Position numbers and translations under genes: made by a program
Shown here: piece by piece, positions 6,407-12,638 of the stretch
Numbering within the stretch: the stretch's first letter is position 1
How the letters are laid out: every line of letters begins with the position of its first letter
Assembly: GCA_038127595.1 (NCBI GenBank)
Contig: JAYPIC010000044.1
Span: forward strand, 1-12,638
Direction: 5' to 3'
DNA: 12,638 bases
Origin: a bacterium
GTDB taxonomy: Bacteria; Fidelibacterota; Marinisomatia; Marinisomatales; UBA1611
Notes under the pieces: generated by a model
The model's database searches: none
What the model saw: only the letters and a program-made list of their open reading frames with translations
What the model was told of the DNA's origin: nothing

Positions 6407-7903
6407 ATGCAGTCTTTAAGAATTTTTATCAAAATCATAGCAATGTTTATATTGTTTATATATGCTCAGCAGAATGTTGATATTGCGAATAATGCAAATG
6501 ACCAGGATGCAGATGACCTTAATTTAGTCACTGTGCACGCGGAAGATGCTCATTTGCCTAGTATTTTAGCTATTCTTGCGAAAGAAAGTGGGTATAATAT
6601 TGTTACAGATCCAAATGTGAACCGGCAAGAAAAAATTTCAATTCATTTAGATGACGTTCCAATTGAGCAGGCAATTAATTTAGTAGTTCGAGCTGTGGGT
6701 CTTAGTTATGAAGTTGTAGGTAATTCATTTTTAATTGCAGATCCTAAAAAGCTTAAGGAAGAAGTCGGCGTATCATCCTTTGTGATAGAGCTTAAATATG
6801 CTTCGGCTGAAGAGATAAAATCTATGCTTCAAGATATTTCTGATCAGATTCAAGTTGACATATCAGGTAATAAACTTCTTGTCAATGCCTCTCCTAAAAA
6901 AATCGCTGAAATTCAGGATGTAGTTAAGCAAATAGATATTCCTGCAATTCAGATCATGTTAGAAACCCGCCTTATAGAAGTAGCAGCAGATTCTGAGGAG
7001 CAACTAGGTATCGATTGGTCAAGGCTTTCAAAGTTTACAACAATACTGGCTGAAAATGCATTAGATGAAACTACAGGTGGATCTATTATTCCTGATGATC
7101 AGACGCTTGGTCAAAAGCCTACAACAATGCCCTTTGATCCATTAAAATCTAGTTTAAAAGAGGGCAGTCAAATTGTGCCTAGATATTTCAGCCGTCAAAT
7201 GACTGCGTTTGATATTACTTTGGATATGCTTATGAAAGCTAACCAGGCAGAGGTTTTAGCAGATTCAAGATTAACTACGTTAAATGGTAGAGAAGCATCT
7301 ATCAAACTTGTTGATATTGTTCCATATATTCTCAGTTCTGGAGGTGTTGGCGGTCAGGTTCAAGTTCAAAGAGAGGAGGTTGGCATTAAACTAGACATTA
7401 ATCCAACTGTAAATACGGATGGATTTATTACTGTAAAGGTAGAACCAGAGGTTTCAACAATTTTTGAGTTCATTGGCCCGGATAATAACATTCCCAGAGT
7501 TAAAAGTAGAAAATCATCCACAACGATTAGGGTGAAAGATGGTGAAAGTATCATTATTGGAGGCTTGTTGAGCAATGATAGGAAACAAACATTGTATAAA
7601 TTTCCTCTTTTACACAAACTTCCTTGGATTGGAGAGAAGCTTTTCACAAGTAAAAACCTTGTAGAGAGGAAAACCGACCTAATTATTCAAATTACGCCAA
7701 GAATCGTTGTGGATAATTATACCGGCATTATGAAAACAGATCGTATGAGATCATTTGAAAAGAACTTATTGGGGAAAAGCGAGGATGGATCATCAAAGAA
7801 TGTTGAAACTGACGACGAGGAATACATAGAAACCTCAACATATAAGGGCATATGGAATGATAATTCTTCATTGCCTGAACAAATTGAATCAGATCAAGAA
7901 TAA
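6407..7903 (+). CDS. pilQ: Outer-membrane secretin PilQ (short form: N0, N3, secretin core and acidic tail)
   Basis: Sec-type signal peptide; N0-like ISIHLDDVPIEQAINLVVRAVGLSY; N3-like IELKYASAEEI...GNKLLV...VKQIDIPAIQIMLETRLIE. Secretin core: LGIDWS, LTTLNGREASI, VGIKLDINPTVN, VKDGESIIIGGLL, FPLLHKLPWIGEKLF, LIIQITPRIV. Confidence 0.92.
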   Translation: MQSLRIFIKIIAMFILFIYAQQNVDIANNANDQDADDLNLVTVHAEDAHLPSILAILAKESGYNIVTDPNVNRQEKISIHLDDVPIEQAINLVVRAVGLSYEVVGNSFLIADPKKLKEEVGVSSFVIELKYASAEEIKSMLQDISDQIQVDISGNKLLVNASPKKIAEIQDVVKQIDIPAIQIMLETRLIEVAADSEEQLGIDWSRLSKFTTILAENALDETTGGSIIPDDQTLGQKPTTMPFDPLKSSLKEGSQIVPRYFSRQMTAFDITLDMLMKANQAEVLADSRLTTLNGREASIKLVDIVPYILSSGGVGGQVQVQREEVGIKLDINPTVNTDGFITVKVEPEVSTIFEFIGPDNNIPRVKSRKSSTTIRVKDGESIIIGGLLSNDRKQTLYKFPLLHKLPWIGEKLFTSKNLVERKTDLIIQITPRIVVDNYTGIMKTDRMRSFEKNLLGKSEDGSSKNVETDDEEYIETSTYKGIWNDNSSLPEQIESDQE

Positions 7904-7904
7904 A

Positions 7905-7909
7905 GGGAG
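7905..7909 (+). promoter_or_regulatory. Shine-Dalgarno sequence for the Ig-like lipoprotein gene
   Basis: GGGAG lies 5 nt upstream of ATG 7915, just after the pilQ TAA (7901-7903). Confidence 0.65.
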
Positions 7910-7914
7910 TTGAT

Positions 7915-10194
7915 ATGATTACAAAAATAATAAAATTAATTTTAGTTAGTCTTTTAATTATTTTAGCCTTTTCCTCGCTTAGTTGTGATGATAGGAAGGT
8001 TAGCGATACAGTTGCTGAGGAAGGGCTATCTCTGTCTTTTATCTTATCTCAGCCAGTAGCGAATGGTAGTACTGTTGGAGAAGCAATAGTCGGTTATGCT
8101 GGTGTTTACCTGGTCGTTGAGCTTAGAGATGCTGATGGGCAACCAGTAAAAGGAGGGGTCGTCTCTTTTAGCTCAAAGATATTGCAAGGGTCATCATATT
8201 CATCTTATGGTGAGTTTGATGTTAATTCAGTTACGACTGGTTCTGATGGGAGAGCTTTTGTAACCTATTCTGCAAACAGTGGCAGTGGCGCAGTTGATAA
8301 CCCTACTACTCCATTATTTGAAAATGTTGAAGTAATAGCATATTATGGAGATAATGTCGAAGCATCTACTAGGTTTGATGTTTATGGTTCAAAAGATGAT
8401 GTTTGGCCTTATACATTTACAATGACTGCTCCAACTCCTGAAGAAATAACACTTGCAGCTGAAACTCCATCAAATCTTACCTGCAGATTGCTTAATAAGA
8501 ATGGGACACCCGTCCGAAATGTGATCGTTCAGCTTGATGCTGGCGAAAAAGGATATATCGAAATTGATGATAACGTTGTTAGCTCTGACACCACAGATAA
8601 TAATGGTGAAATCAGTTTTAGTTTTCAGGATTACGGTGAGCAAGAAAATATTGGAATAGCGACAGTTAAAGCCACATTTCAGCATCCTTCTATCAATGCA
8701 TCAGTAATAGATTCTTCAACAATATCAATTGTCTCTGAAGTTGGTTTAGTCCAGGAGTGCACTTATGTTGAAATTCCTTCTTCAGTTCCGGATAATATAG
8801 TTGTCAGAGATGGTGGTGGAATTGAGTCTACTTCGATCAAAGCAAAATTGTATGATGATAATGACAATCTGATTGATGAGCCAAGGTTAGTACGTTTTGT
8901 CTTGAACCCAATAATGGAAGGTACCTACCTTGAAGAGCCAGGTGTTACTGATACAAGCGTATATACTGTGAATGGCATAGCAACAGTTTCAGTGAACAGC
9001 GGAACTGCGCCAGGTACAGTTCGAGTTGAGGTTAGTGTGGACTGCGATGAAGATGGTGATTACGAAATTAACGCAAATGCAGTTCCTGTAATCATTGCCT
9101 CTGGTGCCCCGTATTACATTGAACCAGAATATGATCCAAACTCAACAACACCTATCGGAGGTGGTTTTTATAAAACTCAATGTGCTGCCATTGTCTATGA
9201 TAAGTGGTACAACCCTGTGGAAGATTCCACTTATGTTTATTGGTCAATCGATCCAATAGCACCAGATACACTAATCGATGCATTTGTTGAAGGCATTAGT
9301 TTTACTGGAAATGAAAATCTGGATGGCGACGCAAACAAAGGAGTAGCCTACAGTACTATTGTTTATTCAACGGATGCCATTGGAGATTTTGGAAGGGTGA
9401 AAGCAACCACATTTGGAGCTGATGGACCAGATGAGGATACGGTTGCAGACTCTGTTACCGCAATGATTAACGAAGATGTTGGTGATGCTGCTATGTTTTT
9501 TCTTCCTGGTGAGCTTTCACTAACAGCCAATGCTACCTACCATGATTTTTCATTACCGAATCCAACAGAGGAAGTTGAAATAACTATTACTGCAATCTTA
9601 ATTGATTTTTATGGTAATCCAGTTGTAGATGCTCCAATTTCTTTTGTAGGTACTGGGGTTGAAGCTTGGAGAGAGGTTGGATATGAGCAATATGAAGATT
9701 TTGGTGTAGATGGGGTTGACGGAACAGAGGATTTTGGGGAAGATAATGATTGTTTTAGTTGGCGTGATTATGGCGCTGATGATGATCCACAAACCGCTGA
9801 TATGGGAACGTTTAACGAAACGCATGATGCATTTGATACTGACGGTGATGGAGCATCTGATATTGCAGAAGTTTCAGAACCATTTGAAGATTTTGGTGTG
9901 GATCAAATTGAGGGCACTAATGATTTCGGTGAAAAAAATGGGAAATGGGATGGGTACAGCATGATTAACTGTGAACCTATAGTACGGACTGACCAAGATG
10001 GTTATGCTAGAATTAGAGCTGTTTTTCCAAGAGAATTGTGTATTTGGCAGGCTACTGATGAAGAAACGGGTATATGTACATTTGAAGATTTCAGTGCGAC
10101 AATTTCTTCAACATTATTGATTCCTCAAATAACGACCAGTGATCCTTTGGACATACAACTAGTGAGAACTCAAACAACGGTGGGGTGCCCATAA
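7915..10194 (+). CDS. Acidic lipoprotein with about five Ig-like (invasin/intimin Big-type) domains and a putative Ca2+-binding repeat insert
   Basis: Lipoprotein-like signal MITKIIKLILVSLLIILAFSSLS|C24DD. Recurring Big_1-like motifs: VELRDADGQPVKGGVVSF...TTGSDGRAFVTY; CRLLNKNGTPVRNVIVQL...TTDNNGEISFSF; AKLYDDNDNLID...TVNGIATVSVNSGTAPGTVRV; AIVYDKWYNPVEDSTYVYW; AILIDFYGNPVVDAPISF...TDQDGYARIR. Strongly D/E-rich. Confidence 0.72.
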   Translation: MITKIIKLILVSLLIILAFSSLSCDDRKVSDTVAEEGLSLSFILSQPVANGSTVGEAIVGYAGVYLVVELRDADGQPVKGGVVSFSSKILQGSSYSSYGEFDVNSVTTGSDGRAFVTYSANSGSGAVDNPTTPLFENVEVIAYYGDNVEASTRFDVYGSKDDVWPYTFTMTAPTPEEITLAAETPSNLTCRLLNKNGTPVRNVIVQLDAGEKGYIEIDDNVVSSDTTDNNGEISFSFQDYGEQENIGIATVKATFQHPSINASVIDSSTISIVSEVGLVQECTYVEIPSSVPDNIVVRDGGGIESTSIKAKLYDDNDNLIDEPRLVRFVLNPIMEGTYLEEPGVTDTSVYTVNGIATVSVNSGTAPGTVRVEVSVDCDEDGDYEINANAVPVIIASGAPYYIEPEYDPNSTTPIGGGFYKTQCAAIVYDKWYNPVEDSTYVYWSIDPIAPDTLIDAFVEGISFTGNENLDGDANKGVAYSTIVYSTDAIGDFGRVKATTFGADGPDEDTVADSVTAMINEDVGDAAMFFLPGELSLTANATYHDFSLPNPTEEVEITITAILIDFYGNPVVDAPISFVGTGVEAWREVGYEQYEDFGVDGVDGTEDFGEDNDCFSWRDYGADDDPQTADMGTFNETHDAFDTDGDGASDIAEVSEPFEDFGVDQIEGTNDFGEKNGKWDGYSMINCEPIVRTDQDGYARIRAVFPRELCIWQATDEETGICTFEDFSATISSTLLIPQITTSDPLDIQLVRTQTTVGCP
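9691..9939 (+). repeat. Three-copy intragenic 19-aa acidic repeat [YWF]xD[FY]GxDxxxxTxD[FM]GxxN
   Basis: Copies at 9691-9747 (YEDFGVDGVDGTEDFGEDN), 9760-9816 (WRDYGADDDPQTADMGTFN) and 9883-9939 (FEDFGVDQIEGTNDFGEKN). Copies 1 and 3 share the exact 15-mer tgaagattttggtgt (9693-9707 and 9885-9899). Confidence 0.85.
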
Positions 10195-11915
10195 TGGCTA
10201 GTGATTTTAATCCTCAATTTCAAAAAATTGGCGAAATTTTAATTCATGCAGGCAAGATTGATGAAAGCCAGTTAAATAACGCTTTAGCAGAACAGAAACA
10301 AACCAATGAAAAAATTGGCCAAACATTAGTTTCAACTGGTGTTATTGACGAAGATGATTTCATTACTGCATATTCAATGCAAATGGGCTATAGAAAAGCA
10401 GATAACTTTCTTCTGCTTGAAGCTGATCAAGATGCAGTTGGATTAATACCAGAGGACTTTGCAAGGTCAAATTCGGTATTAGCGGTAAAAAAATCTGAAA
10501 ATGCAATTACAATTGTAATGGAAGACCCGGAAGATATTGCTACAATTGATTCTGTTAAACGATTGACAGGTTTAGATCCTGATATTGTTGTTGCAGGTCC
10601 AGATCTTATCACCAAAGCAATGGATCAACTTTATGGCGAAATAACAAAAGCAGATAAAGTTGAGGAAGCGATACAAGGGATTACAGTCATCTCTGGTGAT
10701 GAGGATTCATCAGAGGAAGTTGATCTTTCGCCTGAGAATGCCAGTGATGAAGATGCTCCAATAGTAAAATTAGTAAATCTTATTTTACAGGAGGCTATTA
10801 AAGAGAGAGCAACTGATATTCACGTTGAACCTCAAGAAGACAAAGTTAATGTAAGGATTCGTATTGATGGTGTGCTTCAAATAATTATGACGCCCCCGGC
10901 AACTTCGTTAAGCGGACTAGTGACTAGAATTAAGATTTTGTCTAAACTTAACATAGCTGAAAAAAGACTTCCCCAAGATGGTAGATTTTCAATAAAAACA
11001 GCAGCAAAAGATATCGATGTCCGTGTATCAATTTTGCCCACAGTGCATGGTGAAAAAATTGTGATGAGGCTCTTAGATAAAAGTGGATTTGATTTTAACC
11101 TTACAACACTTGGGTTTCCAAAAAAGAATCTTAGCGTATTTAAGAAGGTGATTAGCCAGCCTTACGGTATGGTAGTAGTATCAGGTCCTACAGGTTCAGG
11201 TAAATCAACATCACTATATGCGGCTCTAAAAGAAATAAAAGATGAGAAAACGAACATTATCACTGTTGAAGATCCTGTTGAATATCAATTAGAAGGTATA
11301 AGTCAGGTTCAAGTTTTTGAGGATATAGGTCTTACTTTTGGTTCTTCATTAAGATCTATTTTAAGGCAAGACCCTGATGTACTCTTAATTGGTGAGATTA
11401 GAGATGAGGAAACTGCAGATATAGCGGTAAAGTTTTCTCTCACAGGTCACCTTGTATTCTCCACGGTTCATGCTAATGATGCTCCAGGAACTTTAACAAG
11501 ATTGTTAGATATAGGAATTGCACCGTTCTTGGTTGGATCCTGCTTAAATCTTGTTATGGCTCAAAGACTAGTTCGTAAACTCTGTGATAAATGTAAAGAA
11601 CAATATAAGCCAACTTCTGATGAGCTAGCTTTAATAGGTTTATCATCAAAAGATGTAAAAAATGATCTATGCAAAGCAAAAGGCTGTGCAGACTGTAGAA
11701 ATACCGGGTATAGAGGCAGAACAGCTATATTTGAAATGATTCCAATGTCTAGAGAACTAAGAAAGCTTGTATTTGACAGTGCAAATGAAGATGAGATCAG
11801 AGAGGCTGCAATGAAGAATGGTATGGTTACTCTTCGTGACGCTGGTAATGAAAGAGTCTTAGATGGGACTACAAGTATAGAAGAAGTCTTAAGGTCGACC
11901 GTTGAGGATTTATAG
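10194..11915 (+). CDS. pilB: Type IV pilus extension ATPase PilB (GspE/PulE family) with MshEN-type N-terminus
   Basis: Start re-assigned to ATG 10194, which gives a TAATG overlap with the upstream stop. Motifs: ATDIHVEP, RIRIDG, RLPQDGR, Walker A GPTGSGKS (11184-11207), Asp box TVEDPVE, Walker B LRQDPDVLLIGEIRD, His box TGHLVFSTVHAN and tetracysteine CDKC...CADC. PilT and pilMNOPQ in the same cluster favour PilB over GspE. Confidence 0.93.
   Translation: MASDFNPQFQKIGEILIHAGKIDESQLNNALAEQKQTNEKIGQTLVSTGVIDEDDFITAYSMQMGYRKADNFLLLEADQDAVGLIPEDFARSNSVLAVKKSENAITIVMEDPEDIATIDSVKRLTGLDPDIVVAGPDLITKAMDQLYGEITKADKVEEAIQGITVISGDEDSSEEVDLSPENASDEDAPIVKLVNLILQEAIKERATDIHVEPQEDKVNVRIRIDGVLQIIMTPPATSLSGLVTRIKILSKLNIAEKRLPQDGRFSIKTAAKDIDVRVSILPTVHGEKIVMRLLDKSGFDFNLTTLGFPKKNLSVFKKVISQPYGMVVVSGPTGSGKSTSLYAALKEIKDEKTNIITVEDPVEYQLEGISQVQVFEDIGLTFGSSLRSILRQDPDVLLIGEIRDEETADIAVKFSLTGHLVFSTVHANDAPGTLTRLLDIGIAPFLVGSCLNLVMAQRLVRKLCDKCKEQYKPTSDELALIGLSSKDVKNDLCKAKGCADCRNTGYRGRTAIFEMIPMSRELRKLVFDSANEDEIREAAMKNGMVTLRDAGNERVLDGTTSIEEVLRSTVEDL
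11904..11908 (+). promoter_or_regulatory. Shine-Dalgarno sequence for pilC
   Basis: GAGGA lies 6 nt upstream of the GTG at 11915, inside the last codons of pilB. Confidence 0.65.
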
Positions 11916-12638
11916 TGGCAGTTTTCCATTACTTAGTTAAAAATGATGAAGGTGCTAGATCAGAGGGCGATATACGTGCTGAGTCAATGGACCTGGCTCT
12001 ACAAAAACTCACATCTAACGGCCAGATAGTTATAACGCTCAAAGAGGTAGACACCACTTTTGATTTTCTTGGACCATTTTTAGATGAAATAAATTTAACT
12101 TTCGAACGTTTAAAAAATCGTGTCCCATTAGCTAATATTGTATTTTTTACAAGGCAGCTAGCGACGATGTTCAGTGCTGGTTTGACCCTAGAAAGAGCAA
12201 TCAGCGCTCTATCAATGGAAGAAAAGCATAGCAAGTTCAAAAAGATACTTACTGAGGTTGGGGCTAGTATTCGCAAAGGATTAAATCTTTCAGAATCTCT
12301 ATCAAGGCATCCAGGTGTTTTTAATAATTTATTTGTTGCTATGACCAAAGCTGGAGAGGTAAGTGGTAATTTAAATGAGATTTTAGATCAGCTGGCCTCC
12401 TATCTTGAAAACCTAGATGATACTAGAAGAAAAGTTAAAGGTGCCATGACCTACCCTATTTTTATGGTGATTTTCCTAGGGTGTATGGTTTTGGCAATGT
12501 TTGTATGGATTATTCCAAAATTTTCTGAAGTATATTCTCAACTTGGTGCTTCGCTTCCGGGTGCTACAAAGAAAATGATGGATGCTAGTGCCTGGGTAAC
12601 CGATAATCTTGGTTTTATGTTTTTTAATTTTATCCTGG
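11915..12638 (+). CDS. pilC: Type IV pilus inner-membrane platform protein PilC (GspF family), 3'-truncated by window edge
   Basis: Not in the ORF track. Hand translation from GTG 11915 (TAGTG overlap with the pilB stop) is open to the window end: MAVFHYLVKNDEGARSEGDIRAES...IVFFTRQLATMFSAGLTL...GLNLSESLSRHPGVFNNLFVAMTKAGEVSGNLNEILDQLASYLE...KVKGAMTYPIF...IIPKFSEVYSQLGASLPGAT. These are classic PilC/GspF motifs. Confidence 0.95.
   Translation, partial: MAVFHYLVKNDEGARSEGDIRAESMDLALQKLTSNGQIVITLKEVDTTFDFLGPFLDEINLTFERLKNRVPLANIVFFTRQLATMFSAGLTLERAISALSMEEKHSKFKKILTEVGASIRKGLNLSESLSRHPGVFNNLFVAMTKAGEVSGNLNEILDQLASYLENLDDTRRKVKGAMTYPIFMVIFLGCMVLAMFVWIIPKFSEVYSQLGASLPGATKKMMDASAWVTDNLGFMFFNFIL

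Larger units (their letters stand above)
1..12638 (+). other. Putative single polycistronic type IVa pilus operon
   Basis: Twelve co-directional genes with intergenic distances of +5, -4, -23, +19, -4, +7, +2, +18, +11, -1 and -1 nt. I saw no internal terminator or room for an intergenic promoter. Confidence 0.8.

Noticed and set aside
5621..8685. Minus-strand ORFs 5621-5803, 6214-6438, 7366-7647 and 8470-8685
   Set aside because: Short, antisense to motif-supported genes and without recognisable features.
9691..9939. Repeat region as a CRISPR array or a diversity-generating retroelement TR/VR pair
   Set aside because: The copies are degenerate, in frame and conserved at protein level, with irregular spacing. 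Differences are not adenine-specific, and no cas or reverse transcriptase gene is in the window.
9598..9964. ORFs 9598-9825 (-) and 9710-9964 (+, Met-rich, hydrophobic)
   Set aside because: By-products of the GAT-rich Asp repeat region read in other frames.
10185..10193. GTG start at 10185 for pilB
   Set aside because: ATG 10194 overlaps the upstream stop and has a G-rich SD-like tract at about 10179-10185.
10427..12348. Minus-strand ORFs 10427-10615, 11561-11929 and 11929-12348, the last two abutting like a coupled pair
   Set aside because: They are antisense shadows of pilB and pilC, whose + strand translations carry strong family motifs.
3627..12638. Interpretation as a type II secretion system
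   Set aside because: PilT with AIRNLIRE and separate PilM and PilN proteins point to a retractile T4aP, although the PilP-slot protein and secretin have T2SS-like traits and a secretion role is not excluded.

Overview
AT-rich bacterial DNA with essentially all coding on the + strand, forming one tightly packed type IVa pilus (T4aP) biogenesis cluster that runs off both ends of the window. Order: 3' end of pilT (AIRNLIRE motif), three minor pilins (PilV-like, PilW-like and an unusually large 747-aa PilX-like protein), pilM, pilN, pilO, a PilP/GspC-like protein, pilQ secretin, a 759-aa acidic lipoprotein with Ig-like (invasin/Big-type) repeats, pilB with an MshEN-type N-terminus, and the 5' part of pilC (missed by the ORF track because it has no stop in the window). 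No gap exceeds 19 nt and five junctions overlap. No major pilin, prepilin peptidase or PilY1 is visible, and I found no RNA genes, CRISPR array or mobile element. The least explained parts are the Ig-like lipoprotein between pilQ and pilB, with its three-copy acidic repeat insert, and the giant PilX-like pilin with a His/Cys-rich insert. All family calls come from motifs recognised by eye; no database searches were run.
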